This document shows, in pieces, positions 29,735 to 40,233 of a DNA stretch of 64,000 nucleotides; the stretch's first letter is position 1, and the number at the start of each line of letters is the position of its first letter. The stretch spans positions 51,575-115,574 of the forward strand of contig JAQWMB010000007.1 of NCBI GenBank assembly GCA_029246995.1. The letters are read 5' to 3'. Origin of the DNA: Dehalococcoidia bacterium (GTDB lineage Bacteria > Chloroflexota > Dehalococcoidia > UBA2979). The translations under genes were made by a program, and so were the position numbers. The notes under the pieces were generated by a model. The model saw only the letters and a program-made list of their open reading frames with translations. It ran no database searches and was not told where the DNA came from.

Positions 29735-31819
29735 TTAATCACTTGCCCTATTAGCTTTACCAATTTCTTCAGCAATACTCTCTGGAACTTTCTCATAGTG
29801 ATCAAATTCCATAGTATATGTTGCTCTACCTTGAGTCATTGAGCGAAGATCTGTAGAATATCCAAAAGCTTCAGCTAATGGTACTAAAGAGTGAACAACT
29901 TGCGTATTTCCTCGTGCTTCAGATCCTAGAACCTGACCTCTCCTACTATTCAAGTCACCCAATACATCACCTAAGTAATCCTCTGGTGAAACAACATCAA
30001 TTTTCATGACTGGTTCTAAAAGTATAGACTTAGCTTTTTTTAATGCATCTCTCATTGCAATAGATCCTGCAGTCTCAAATGCCATTTCAGATGAATCAAC
30101 AGGATGAAATGAACCATCAATTAATTTAACACCTACGTCTACTACTGGGTAGCCGGCTTTTGCACCAGAAGACAATGCATTCTCAACACCCTTGTTCACA
30201 GGATTAATATACTCTCTCGGAATTGAACCACCGACAATATTATTTTCAAATAAAAAACCTTCACCTTTATCTCTCGGGTATACTTCTATGACACAATCCC
30301 CATATTGACCTCTACCACCTGATTGGCGAACAAATTTTCCTTGCACTTTAACTTCTTGAGTAATTGTTTCTCTATAGGCAACTTGTGGCTTACCAATATT
30401 CGCAACAACATTAAATTCTCTTTTCATTCTATCCACAAGAACTTCTAGGTGTAATTCACCCATACCAGAAATAACTGTCTGCGATGTTTCTTCATCAAAT
30501 CTGACTTTAAAGGTAGGATCTTCCTCTGCTAATTTTTGAATTGCTTCAGATAGTTTTTGTTGATCATCTCTTGTTTTAGGCTCAATTGCCACGGATATAA
30601 CCGGATCAGGAAATGTAATTGATTCTAATAATAGTTGATTATCTCTAGAAGATATAGTGTCACCAGTAAATGTGTCCTTCAATCCAATTGCAGCACCTAT
30701 CTCACCAGCATATAGAACATCAACATCTTCACGAGAATTAGAATGCATTTTCATTATTCTACCAACTCTTTCACGTTCATTTCTTGAAGAATTATATACT
30801 TGAGCTCCTTGCTCAATGGTACCTGAATATAATCTAAAAAATACTAAGCGACCAACGAATGGGTCTGTCACAACTTTAAAAGCAATACCGAGCAAGCTTC
30901 CAGAAACATCAGGAGCTAATTTGACAATTTCATCTTCAGAACCAACTTTTATTGCTTCAACAGGTGGTAAATCATTAGGATTAGGTAAATAATCTATAAC
31001 TGCATCTAATAATTTTTGCACGCCTTTATCTTTTAAAGCAGAGCCAGTTAAAATTGGTACTGCTAAATTTGAAAGAGTGACTCGTCTAATAGCTTGTTTC
31101 AATGTATCAACTTCAATTGGCTTTTCATCTAAAAAAAGTTCCATCAATTCTTCATCATTTTCTGCAACCGTCTCTATAAGAGAGTCTCGCAAGGCTGAGA
31201 CTTCATCAAGAAATTCTTCAGGTATATCATGTTCTACAACTTCAATACCCTTATTTCCTTCAAATGAAAAAGCTTTTTGATTAATAATGTCTATAACACC
31301 CTTATGTTGATCTTCCAAGCCCCATGGTATTTGTAAAATTAAAGGAACAGCTGCTAGCCGTTCCTTTATTGTGTCAACGCAGTAATTAAAACTGGCACCT
31401 GTCCTATCCATTTTATTAACAAAACATATTCTTGGTACAGAATATTTATCGGCTTGTCGCCATACTGTTTCTGATTGTGGTTCAACACCAGCAACTCCGT
31501 CGAATACAACAACGCCACCATCAAGTACTCTTAAAGATCTTTCTACTTCAACAGTAAAATCAACATGGCCAGGAGTATCAATAATGTTAATAGTTGAACC
31601 ATTCCATTCAGCAGTAGTTGCTGCAGAGGTAATAGTGATACCTCTTTCGCGTTCTTGTTCCATCCAATCCATAGTAGCAGTACCTTCATGTACCTCACCA
31701 ATTTTGTAAGTTTTACCAGTATAAAAAAGAATTCTCTCAGTAACAGTAGTTTTACCTGCATCAATATGCGCGATGATACCTATGTTCCTTACCTTATTAA
31801 GATCTATCCCTACAGACAT
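29735..31819 (-). CDS. fusA: elongation factor G
   Basis: 694 aa. G1 motif AHIDAGKTT and EF-G domains. Confidence 0.9.
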   Translation of the reverse strand: MSVGIDLNKVRNIGIIAHIDAGKTTVTERILFYTGKTYKIGEVHEGTATMDWMEQERERGITITSAATTAEWNGSTINIIDTPGHVDFTVEVERSLRVLDGGVVVFDGVAGVEPQSETVWRQADKYSVPRICFVNKMDRTGASFNYCVDTIKERLAAVPLILQIPWGLEDQHKGVIDIINQKAFSFEGNKGIEVVEHDIPEEFLDEVSALRDSLIETVAENDEELMELFLDEKPIEVDTLKQAIRRVTLSNLAVPILTGSALKDKGVQKLLDAVIDYLPNPNDLPPVEAIKVGSEDEIVKLAPDVSGSLLGIAFKVVTDPFVGRLVFFRLYSGTIEQGAQVYNSSRNERERVGRIMKMHSNSREDVDVLYAGEIGAAIGLKDTFTGDTISSRDNQLLLESITFPDPVISVAIEPKTRDDQQKLSEAIQKLAEEDPTFKVRFDEETSQTVISGMGELHLEVLVDRMKREFNVVANIGKPQVAYRETITQEVKVQGKFVRQSGGRGQYGDCVIEVYPRDKGEGFLFENNIVGGSIPREYINPVNKGVENALSSGAKAGYPVVDVGVKLIDGSFHPVDSSEMAFETAGSIAMRDALKKAKSILLEPVMKIDVVSPEDYLGDVLGDLNSRRGQVLGSEARGNTQVVHSLVPLAEAFGYSTDLRSMTQGRATYTMEFDHYEKVPESIAEEIGKANRASD

Positions 31820-31856
31820 TTATTTACCCTTCGACGATTCAAAATCATCAATTTCC

Positions 31857-32327
31857 TTACCACCTATAATGTGCAAAAGCCCTATTGGCTTCAGCCATTC
31901 TATGAACATCATCTTTCTTTTTAACTGCACCACCAGTGTTATTAAATGCATCAGTTAATTCGCTTGCTAATTTTTCAGACATAGATTTTCCCTGCCTAGT
32001 TGAAGCAGAATCAATAATCCATCTTATAGATAAAGAAATTCTTCTATCTGCCCTAACGTCTACAGGTACTTGATAGGTAGCACCACCAACTCTTCTTGAT
32101 TTTACTTCTAAGATTGGGCTCGTATTTCTGACTGCTTGTTCTAATAAATCAGAACCATTTTTACCTAATTCTTTTTCAACAAATTCGAATGCATTATATA
32201 CTATCTTTTCTGCAATAGTTTTTTTTCCATGTTTCATGATTTTATTAATGAGACGAGTAACCAAAATAGAATTATATCTAGGGTCAGGAGTCAAAATGCG
32301 TGTATCTGGTCTATTTCTCCTTGGCAT
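31857..32327 (-). CDS. rpsG: 30S ribosomal protein S7
   Basis: 156 aa, uS7. Confidence 0.9.
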   Translation of the reverse strand: MPRRNRPDTRILTPDPRYNSILVTRLINKIMKHGKKTIAEKIVYNAFEFVEKELGKNGSDLLEQAVRNTSPILEVKSRRVGGATYQVPVDVRADRRISLSIRWIIDSASTRQGKSMSEKLASELTDAFNNTGGAVKKKDDVHRMAEANRAFAHYRW

Positions 32328-32332
32328 GTTAT

Positions 32333-32746
32333 CTAACCTCTTCTAGTCCCGTACTTACTTCGTCCACGTTTTCTATTTGCAACGCCTTCACTGTCTAATG
32401 CGCCTCTTACAATATGATACCTTACACCTGGAAGATCTTTAACTCTTCCGCCGCGGACTAATACAACAGAGTGCTCTTGTAAAGAATGTCCTTCACCAGG
32501 AATATATGCTGTCACTTCTATGCCATTAGTTAATCTGACTCTAGCAACTTTTCTCAGAGCTGAATTTGGTTTTTTAGGAGTAACAGTTCTAACTTGTATG
32601 CATACTCCTCTTTTTTGAGGAGAACCCTTGTCCTCACGTGCAACTCGATTTTTTAATGAATTGTACCTAAACCTTAAAGCAGGAGCCTTGGTTTTTTTAA
32701 AAGTTGTTTTTCTACCTTTTCTAACTAGCTGACTTATAGTAGGCAC
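32333..32746 (-). CDS. rpsL: 30S ribosomal protein S12 (likely GTG start, with a loop insertion of about 13 aa)
   Basis: Conserved [12 protein letters not shown] begins at a GTG at 32746. An AGGGA SD lies 6 nt upstream. The longer ORF to 32803 would add 19 non-conserved residues. Confidence 0.8.
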   Translation of the reverse strand: MPTISQLVRKGRKTTFKKTKAPALRFRYNSLKNRVAREDKGSPQKRGVCIQVRTVTPKKPNSALRKVARVRLTNGIEVTAYIPGEGHSLQEHSVVLVRGGRVKDLPGVRYHIVRGALDSEGVANRKRGRSKYGTRRG

Positions 32747-33001
32747 AAATTTTTCCCTTAAATTTTGTAACATAAAAGGCCGATTAAGTCTTAAATGAGC
32801 CAATCTTGATTAAAAAAGTCATTCATATAAGTTAAAAAGACTTCTCTTATTAATCAACGGTACTCAATTAATTGCCTTAACGACCGTATTTATCTAAAAC
32901 TTAGATTTTTTTAGACTCGACGATGGTATGGTGCAATAGAGTAAGAGTCAACGTATTTTATGAAAAGTTTGTATCTTTTCAAATTGATCAATTTAAACAT
33001 A

Positions 33002-34282
33002 TTAATATGAAGATGCTCTCTTAACTTTCATTACATTGGATAACATAGACTTATAAACTTTAAATACACTATAAGCAGTAGCATCCCAAGAGTACTTCCT
33101 TACATCCAACAGTGCTTGTTTAGCTATTTTTTTTGAATCATAACCATTTTCCAATAAAGAATTCAAAGCTTCCGTTAACTCTTCCACATTTCCAGGTTCA
33201 ACTAATAAACCGTTAATTTCATTTTTAATTACTGAAGCTAATCCTCCAGTATTTGAAGCAACTACAGGTTTTGCAGAAGCAAAAGCTTCTAAAGTTACCA
33301 AGCCAAATGATTCATAATGTGAAGGAATAGCAATTATATCAGCAACTGCATAATATTTTGGTAAATCACCATGAGCAACTGCTCCCAAAAATTCTACATT
33401 TTTACTCAAATTTAAATCTTGGACTAGCTTTCTAAGGTATATTTGATATGCGCTTGGTGAATCAGCTCCGCCTATAATAAATAGCCTAATATTACTTCTA
33501 TTGTTTATCCTTGCAACCGCTTTAATTAGAACATCTAAACCTTTAACAGGGTCTAATCTTGAAATACTCATTATAATTTTGATATCAGGAGCAATATTTA
33601 ATTTTTTTCTAACTAATTTCATATCATTTGGATGAAAAACATTATCATCTACTGCTAAAGGAATAATGTGTATTTTATTATCAGGTACTTCAGCAAAACT
33701 ATTAATTAAATCTTTTTCATGAGGTGAAGAACAGATAATACTATCCACATTTTTAATAATTTCGGCTTCAATTTTTTTTCTATGCAATAATTCTGATTTT
33801 TTACCAAGAGCCATCTCTTTTGCTAAAGCTAGAGTATGGAACATAGTGATATGTTGTAATGACCATAATTTAGCAATTTTTAAACCGATGATGCCTGAAA
33901 GCCAATAATGAGAATGGACAATATCGTAATGAATATTCTCAAAAGAAACAAAAGTATTTAAACCATCAATAAATTCATCTACATATTGCTCTAAATAATC
34001 AGGCTCAAGAATCTCTTTAGGACCAGCATTTATATAAATAATCCTAACTCCAGGCCCTAATTCTATAATTTCAGCACCAGCATGTGTGTTATCTTTTTTA
34101 GTAAAAATATCAACTTGAACGTCAAGCTTTGACAATCTTAATGCAATTTCTTTAATATACAGATTCATTCCACCACTTTTAAAACCTCCGAGCTTTGCAA
34201 TCGGGGACGCATGCATTGATATCATGGCAACTTTAATTGGTTTTTTTTCTACATTTGACTGTGTAAAAATATTTTTATTCAT
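33002..34282 (-). CDS. GT4-family glycosyltransferase, MshA-like (resembles D-inositol-3-phosphate glycosyltransferase and related retaining GT4 enzymes)
   Basis: N-terminal VAMISMHASP...GGMNLY motif plus a GT-B C-terminal E-x7-E region. 426 aa. Confidence 0.6.
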   Translation of the reverse strand: MNKNIFTQSNVEKKPIKVAMISMHASPIAKLGGFKSGGMNLYIKEIALRLSKLDVQVDIFTKKDNTHAGAEIIELGPGVRIIYINAGPKEILEPDYLEQYVDEFIDGLNTFVSFENIHYDIVHSHYWLSGIIGLKIAKLWSLQHITMFHTLALAKEMALGKKSELLHRKKIEAEIIKNVDSIICSSPHEKDLINSFAEVPDNKIHIIPLAVDDNVFHPNDMKLVRKKLNIAPDIKIIMSISRLDPVKGLDVLIKAVARINNRSNIRLFIIGGADSPSAYQIYLRKLVQDLNLSKNVEFLGAVAHGDLPKYYAVADIIAIPSHYESFGLVTLEAFASAKPVVASNTGGLASVIKNEINGLLVEPGNVEELTEALNSLLENGYDSKKIAKQALLDVRKYSWDATAYSVFKVYKSMLSNVMKVKRASSY

Positions 34283-34293
34283 AATAATACTTA

Positions 34294-34869
34294 TTAATTC
34301 AAAGTTATCATTGACATAAATTCATTTCTAGTTTTTGCATCATCACGAAAATTACCCTTCATCGACGATGTAATTAATTGAGCGCCAGTTTTTTTAATAC
34401 CTCGAAAAGAAAGACATGAGTGCTCTCCCTTCACAACAACTGCAACGCCATCAGTTTCAAGAACATCTTGCAAAATTTGAGCAATTTGTCTAGTCATTCT
34501 CTCTTGTATTTGTGGTTGTTTAGAAACATTATCAACTAATCTAGCAATTTTTGATAATCCTACAACTTTACCTTTTGGTAAATAGCTCACATGAACCTTG
34601 CCCCAAAATGGTAAAAAATGATGCTCACAAATAGAAATAAAAGGAATATCTATGATATTTACCATATCTTCATATTCCTCAACAAATTCTGTAGCAAGTA
34701 TTTCTTTATTAAGTGCTGGATCTCCGCTGAGAAATTCCTTATAGGCTTTAACAATCCTTTTTGGAGTATCACTCAATCCATCAGATTTTAAATCAAGTCC
34801 AAAGGACTCCAAAAAAATTTTTATACCACTAATAGCATTTTTTTCATTAAACTCATTTTTTTGATTCAT
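34294..34869 (-). CDS. folE: GTP cyclohydrolase I
   Basis: CEHHFLPF and Zn-binding motifs. 191 aa. Confidence 0.85.
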   Translation of the reverse strand: MNQKNEFNEKNAISGIKIFLESFGLDLKSDGLSDTPKRIVKAYKEFLSGDPALNKEILATEFVEEYEDMVNIIDIPFISICEHHFLPFWGKVHVSYLPKGKVVGLSKIARLVDNVSKQPQIQERMTRQIAQILQDVLETDGVAVVVKGEHSCLSFRGIKKTGAQLITSSMKGNFRDDAKTRNEFMSMITLN

Positions 34870-34899
34870 AGTATCCCCTCTAAATAAATCAATTAACTC

Positions 34900-35967
34900 T
34901 TAGTAATTCCAATTCAAAATTTTTGCTATTTCACCTGGATCTGCAATGGCATCTATTTTATTACTCTGAATAGATAGTGCAGTATCTGGGTCCTTCAAGC
35001 CTGAGCCTGTTACAATACATACTATTTTCTTATCTTTAAAATTATATCCTTCTTTTTTCTTTTTTAAAAGGCCGGCAATTGGAGCAGCGCAAGCAGGCTC
35101 AGCAAATATACCCTCCTCTTTAGCAATCTTTTGATAAGCAAAAATAATCTCTTCATCTGTAACAGATTCAATTAATCCATTTGAATCATCTCTAGCTATT
35201 TTTGCGGAATCCCAAGAAGCCGGATTACCTATTCGTATCGCAGTAGCAATCGTAGATGGATTATCAACTTTTTTATCAATAACAATAGGGGCAGCACCTG
35301 CAGCTTGAAAACCCCACATCATTGGTAAGTTTTTAATCTTTTTGGCATCCTTATACTCATTAAAGCCTTTCCAATAAGCGGTAATATTACCAGCATTTCC
35401 TACTGGAATACAAAGAATATCAGGAGCATCTTGTAATTCATCAACAATTTCAAAAGCACCAGTTTTTTGCCCATCAATTCTATTGGGATTAACTGAGTTA
35501 ACAAGGGTCACATTATTTTTTTCTACCAATGAAATAGCTATTTTCAAAGAATCATCAAAAGAACCATCTATGGAGACAATTTTTGCACCATAAACTATAG
35601 CTTGTGCTAATTTACCCATTGCTATAAAACCAGATGGCACAATAACATAACTTTCTAGACCAAATTTTGCAGCGTATGCTGAAGCAGATGCTGACGTATT
35701 ACCCGTTGAAGCACACAGAACAGCTTTTGCACCATTTTCATAAGCCTTAGCAACTGCCATAATCATCCCTCTATCTTTAAAAGATCCTGTTGGGTTTGAT
35801 AATTCTAATTTAAAATATACTGCAGCGGCATCTATTTCATTTTCAAGAGTCCTCGATCTCACGAGTGGAGTTCCGCCTTCACCGAGTGTCAATAAAGGAG
35901 TTTGATCAGTAATAGGTAAAAATTTACTATACCGTTCTAAAATAAAACGACTAGATGAAGAATTCAT
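34900..35967 (-). CDS. thrC: threonine synthase
   Basis: PLP-lysine motif GSFKDRG. 355 aa. Confidence 0.85.
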   Translation of the reverse strand: MNSSSSRFILERYSKFLPITDQTPLLTLGEGGTPLVRSRTLENEIDAAAVYFKLELSNPTGSFKDRGMIMAVAKAYENGAKAVLCASTGNTSASASAYAAKFGLESYVIVPSGFIAMGKLAQAIVYGAKIVSIDGSFDDSLKIAISLVEKNNVTLVNSVNPNRIDGQKTGAFEIVDELQDAPDILCIPVGNAGNITAYWKGFNEYKDAKKIKNLPMMWGFQAAGAAPIVIDKKVDNPSTIATAIRIGNPASWDSAKIARDDSNGLIESVTDEEIIFAYQKIAKEEGIFAEPACAAPIAGLLKKKKEGYNFKDKKIVCIVTGSGLKDPDTALSIQSNKIDAIADPGEIAKILNWNY

Positions 35968-37037
35968 AGCATTTTCCCTTGGTTGTCTGAAGAACCCTTT
36001 TCAGAAAGCCTATTTAAAAATTGCCTTGTGACTTTCAACTCATCACGTAATTCACCTATTTGCCTGCGTGCTACCTGTTCATCAATAATTGTTTTTTGGC
36101 GAAAATTTTCGAGTAATTCATTCTTTTCTTCTGCAAAATTTGATGCTAATTCCGTAATCTTCTTATTAAGCATATGAAAATTGGTATCAGCAGAACGATG
36201 ATTTAATGTTTCATTTTGAAAATTACTACTCAATTCTTTTAACGACGATTCAAATTGTATAAAACGATTTTCCATTCTTTTTCTTGAATTAGCATTTTCA
36301 TCAATTTTTAACTCGAGATTATTGACGAGTAACTGCAGCCCATTAAATGAATCAGGTAAAATATTTAAATTATTAAGAATACTCCTATTTGCATCATTCT
36401 TTTGATTAGCCTCATCATAAAATGAGAATTTTTCCTCTAACAAAGAACTCAAGCTCTGAATCTGTAATTTAGTATTACTCAGCTGATTAGAATGGTCCAT
36501 AATTAAATTCTCAATATTCTTTAGTTGATCTTTTGAAATATTTGCTTCCAGGTTAAACGATGTAACGTTTTGTAATAATTCATCAACCTTTAACGCTCTC
36601 TCTTGAATTTGCTTAGATAAAATTTCAATTTCGGAATCAATACGTTTAATTTCTACTAAAAAACTTTTACTTAAAGTATTAACTTCACTGTTAATTGTTT
36701 TAATAATTGACTCTAGAATGCTTGATTGATCAAAATCACTTTTCATCTTTTGAATTACATCTTCAATTAATACAAATTTTTTAGAAATTATAGCTTGTGA
36801 TTCAATTGTTGATTTCATACGATTTGCAATTTTTTCTATATTAATTATAGAAGAATTCAAATTTGCAAAACGTTGTTCTTGAGACAAATAATTTTTTTCC
36901 AACTTGTCAATTTTCTTAATTGTTTGTTTAAATGCAGATTGAATCTGATTAGCAATTGGTTTTTTAGCAATTGGTTTTTGAGCAATTGGTTTTTTAGCAA
37001 TTGGTTTTTTAGCAATTGGTTTTTTTTGTTTTTGCAT
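35964..37037 (-). CDS. hypothetical coiled-coil protein with an N-terminal basic (KPIAK)x5 repeat tail. No TM segment.
   Basis: 357 aa. The N-terminus is MQKQKKPIAKKPIAKKPIAQKPIAKKPIAN. The remainder is heptad-rich and Q/N/L/E-biased. ATGA overlap with the thrC start. Confidence 0.5.
   Translation of the reverse strand: MQKQKKPIAKKPIAKKPIAQKPIAKKPIANQIQSAFKQTIKKIDKLEKNYLSQEQRFANLNSSIINIEKIANRMKSTIESQAIISKKFVLIEDVIQKMKSDFDQSSILESIIKTINSEVNTLSKSFLVEIKRIDSEIEILSKQIQERALKVDELLQNVTSFNLEANISKDQLKNIENLIMDHSNQLSNTKLQIQSLSSLLEEKFSFYDEANQKNDANRSILNNLNILPDSFNGLQLLVNNLELKIDENANSRKRMENRFIQFESSLKELSSNFQNETLNHRSADTNFHMLNKKITELASNFAEEKNELLENFRQKTIIDEQVARRQIGELRDELKVTRQFLNRLSEKGSSDNQGKML
36951..37025. repeat. 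5 x 15-bp in-frame tandem repeat (agcaattggtttttt) encoding (KPIAK)5 at the 5' end of the coiled-coil gene
   Basis: Direct reading. Confidence 0.9.
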
Positions 37038-37063
37038 TTTACTATCTCTTTACCAATTATAGA

Positions 37064-38353
37064 TTAATCAATAATTGGTAATAAATTCACTACTGAATCT
37101 ACTTTCTTCTCTTTCTTAATTGAATTAATCGCAGAATCTATTTTTCCACGATTTGCTTCATGAGTAATTAAAACTAATTGTGCAGTTTGTGATTCTTGAT
37201 CTGCTTCCGTTTGAATAACAGAAGCTATGCTAATTTGATGCTCAGACATAATACCTGAAATTGCTGCTAGAACTCCTGACTCATCAACAACATTTAGTCT
37301 TAGATAATATCTTGAGATAAAATTTTCTGAATTGCTGACTTCTATTTTATTTAATTGAGCATTATTCAAATTACTAAAAGAATATTTTATATTCTTTGCA
37401 GCATCAATAACATCACCTAAGATAGCACTTGATGTTGCAGATGCACCAGCACCAGGACCTTCAAAAATAACTTGACCGACTAAATTGCCTTGCAATTGAA
37501 TAGCATTTAAAACACCATCCACTTTTGAAAGAGGTTCTTGTTTAGATATTAATGTAGGGCAAACGATACAGGTTATTTTATTATCAATTAATTCAGCTCT
37601 AGCTAATAGCTTAATTACATATCCTAGTTCATCTGCATAATTTAAATCTTTCAATTCTATACTAGAAATTCCCTGGCAAAATATAGAGCCTGGATCAACA
37701 TCAACATGAAATGCTAGCCCACATAAAATTGCTAATTTATATGCTGCATCAATCCCTTGAACATCATTGTATGGATCTGGCTCTGCATATCCTGACTGTT
37801 GAGCTTTTAGAAGTGCATTCTGATAACTCATTTTTTCTTGAAACATCAGTGAAAGCATATAGTTTGTAGTCCCATTAATAATTCCTGAAATAGAAAAAAT
37901 CTCATTGGCAAGTAAATCACGAGATAATGGCCCAATAATTGGAATACCGCCACCTACTGACGCTTCATATCGAATAGATGCTCCATGTTTAACAGCCAAA
38001 TCAGTCAACTCACTACCCGATTGAGCCATAACATCTTTATTTGCAGTTACAACATGCTTACCCTTTTTTAATAAAGAAGCAATATATTCCTTTGCTGGCA
38101 CTTGACCACCCATTAACTCAACAATAATGGATGTATGTTCATCGTTTAATACATCATTAAAATTTTTGGTAAAATTAACATCTTTAAATTTTTTATCATG
38201 CTTTTTTATATCACGAACAAGAACATACCTAAGTTCTAATTTTGTACCAACTAATTGATTATTACGTTCAGTATCTTTTATTAAAGCACTTAATACTGCA
38301 GCACCAACATTTCCTGCTCCTAGCAATGATACACCTACACTATCTGTCATCAA
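37064..38353 (-). CDS. hom: homoserine dehydrogenase (with a C-terminal ACT domain)
   Basis: N-terminal NAD-binding GAGNVG. 429 aa. Confidence 0.85.
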   Translation of the reverse strand: MMTDSVGVSLLGAGNVGAAVLSALIKDTERNNQLVGTKLELRYVLVRDIKKHDKKFKDVNFTKNFNDVLNDEHTSIIVELMGGQVPAKEYIASLLKKGKHVVTANKDVMAQSGSELTDLAVKHGASIRYEASVGGGIPIIGPLSRDLLANEIFSISGIINGTTNYMLSLMFQEKMSYQNALLKAQQSGYAEPDPYNDVQGIDAAYKLAILCGLAFHVDVDPGSIFCQGISSIELKDLNYADELGYVIKLLARAELIDNKITCIVCPTLISKQEPLSKVDGVLNAIQLQGNLVGQVIFEGPGAGASATSSAILGDVIDAAKNIKYSFSNLNNAQLNKIEVSNSENFISRYYLRLNVVDESGVLAAISGIMSEHQISIASVIQTEADQESQTAQLVLITHEANRGKIDSAINSIKKEKKVDSVVNLLPIID

Positions 38354-38360
38354 TGTCTCC

Positions 38361-39401
38361 TCAAAAATCCTGATTAGGGCTTTCTAAAGCTTCTACGGAT
38401 AATTTAAGCTTTATTTTTCCTGATTCTATAACTATATAGTCTCTTAATGTTTGATCCAGGTCTATCTCTCTATAATAAATGTTTGCGATCTGAGAATTAA
38501 TAAAAGATAATAATTTGGTATCTTCATAGTGCCCAACAATCGGCTCAGTAATAAGGCCATCATCCTCTTGTTTTTCGAAATAATAAAAGTAACTATTAGT
38601 ACCAACTTCAAATGGTCCAACTAATTGTAATTTTTCACTAACATTAAGCTCATCAGGAAGATCAATGCCAACAAAACCAGTCAATCTCCATCCAATATCA
38701 AGCAATTCGATGCTCGTATCATCTTTATAAAATGTTAATAATTCATCTATAGTTTTTCCAGAATTATAATCAGCTAAAAAAAGAGCAGAAGTTGCTTCTC
38801 CTTGTATAGCAATTCTTTTTACAAAAGATAAATTACCGGTTTCTTCTAAATCTTCAGAAAACAATCCCTTAATCTTCTCTTGCATTATAAAAGATCGTGA
38901 ATAATCCATAATTACTTCTCTACTCAAACCAGAATCTGATCTAATATTTGACAAAATAATATCAACTATTGATTGGTCCGATTGATAGATTTCAGCAGGT
39001 ATTCTAAAAAGCTGGGAGGTTCTTAATTTTATCTCTGCCTCTGATGGAGCACCAACTAACTCTTCGCCGTATTTATTAAGAATATATTTATTTTTTAATA
39101 TCATAGGTAACTGATAAAGAATCTCTTCTGTTGAAGTGTTTTCTGTTTTATCTATATAAGCAGTATAAAAACCAAGTTCACTGGCTAGTTCTTTAGCATT
39201 GTATATTTCATCATCAATAGTTATCAATTCTGTTCTTGGAGGATTGAAGTAATTAATGAAATAACCAAAAACTAAGATAATCCCAACAATCAAAAGTGCA
39301 AAATATGATAACAAAATAGAACGATTCTCATTAATAAAAGAGCCACTATCTTGTGAATCAGTATTCTTTTCTTTTCGCCTTGAACGTCTTGTACTAGTCA
39401 A
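38361..39401 (-). CDS. hypothetical membrane-anchored protein (basic N-terminus, one TM, large extracytoplasmic domain; SurA_N/PpiD-like fold is speculative)
   Basis: 346 aa. MTSTRRSRRKEK... followed by a hydrophobic helix ILLSYFALLIVGIILVFGYFI. Confidence 0.35.
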   Translation of the reverse strand: MTSTRRSRRKEKNTDSQDSGSFINENRSILLSYFALLIVGIILVFGYFINYFNPPRTELITIDDEIYNAKELASELGFYTAYIDKTENTSTEEILYQLPMILKNKYILNKYGEELVGAPSEAEIKLRTSQLFRIPAEIYQSDQSIVDIILSNIRSDSGLSREVIMDYSRSFIMQEKIKGLFSEDLEETGNLSFVKRIAIQGEATSALFLADYNSGKTIDELLTFYKDDTSIELLDIGWRLTGFVGIDLPDELNVSEKLQLVGPFEVGTNSYFYYFEKQEDDGLITEPIVGHYEDTKLLSFINSQIANIYYREIDLDQTLRDYIVIESGKIKLKLSVEALESPNQDF

Positions 39402-39427
39402 TTACAAAATCCTTAATGTAAGGAATG

Positions 39428-39748
39428 TTAGGAATAATTTTTAGAATTAAATCCTGATAACCGGATATGTTCAATAGTATAAGGCAATAAAGCAAGATGC
39501 CTGGCACGTTTTATTGCTTGAGCAATTCTTCTCTGACATTTTGCACAGGCACCAGTTCGCTTACGAATATCTATTTTACCTCTATCATCAATATAGTTTC
39601 CTAAAGTTTTCAAATTTTTATAATCGATTATACTCTTTGCAAAGTTTTTTTTCTTGTTACTACAAAATTCACAGTATCTTCTCCTGGGACGTCTCTGAAA
39701 ATAACTATCTTTATCTGAATCATCATTCGAAAAACGTGTATCTGGCAT
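39428..39748 (-). CDS. rpsR: 30S ribosomal protein S18 (with an N-terminal extension)
   Basis: Core ...GKIDIRKRTGACAKCQRRIAQAIKRARHLALLPY. Confidence 0.85.
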   Translation of the reverse strand: MPDTRFSNDDSDKDSYFQRRPRRRYCEFCSNKKKNFAKSIIDYKNLKTLGNYIDDRGKIDIRKRTGACAKCQRRIAQAIKRARHLALLPYTIEHIRLSGFNSKNYS

Positions 39749-39783
39749 AACTAACCTTTTCTAAAATATAATTTTAAATTTAA

Positions 39784-40221
39784 CTAAAATGGGAGATCAT
39801 CGGGATCAATCTCAGGAGGAGCACTGCTAGATTCGTTCTTTACCGATTCATTCTCATTATCATTATCATTACCTAAAGATTGTTGTGAGTTTTGTGGGCT
39901 TAAAAATTTCACTTGATCTGCAACTAACTCTGTTCTATATCGTTTTTGACCAGTAGATTGATCTTCCCATGATCTTGTTGCCATTCTGCCTTCTACGTAT
40001 ACTTTTTGACCTTTAGATAAATACTGACTACAAGTCTCTGCCGTTCGATTCCAAGCAACAATATTAAACCATTCGGTTTCTTCTATTCTTTCTCCATCTG
40101 ACGACCTAGTATATTGGCGAGATGTTGCAACAGAAAAAGTGGTAACAGGGGCTCCATTAGCAGTATACCGCATTTCTGGATCTGATCCTAAATTACCAAT
40201 TACCATACATTTATTAAGCAT
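39784..40221 (-). CDS. ssb: single-stranded DNA-binding protein
   Basis: OB-fold N-terminus. The acidic tail ends in DDLPF. Confidence 0.85.
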   Translation of the reverse strand: MLNKCMVIGNLGSDPEMRYTANGAPVTTFSVATSRQYTRSSDGERIEETEWFNIVAWNRTAETCSQYLSKGQKVYVEGRMATRSWEDQSTGQKRYRTELVADQVKFLSPQNSQQSLGNDNDNENESVKNESSSAPPEIDPDDLPF

Positions 40222-40233
40222 CTTACTTCCTCT

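Noticed and set aside
36873-37067. Plus-strand ORF with NWFFSNWFF repeats
   Set aside because: It is the antisense reading of the (KPIAK)5 15-bp repeat array of the minus-strand coiled-coil gene. It has no independent support.
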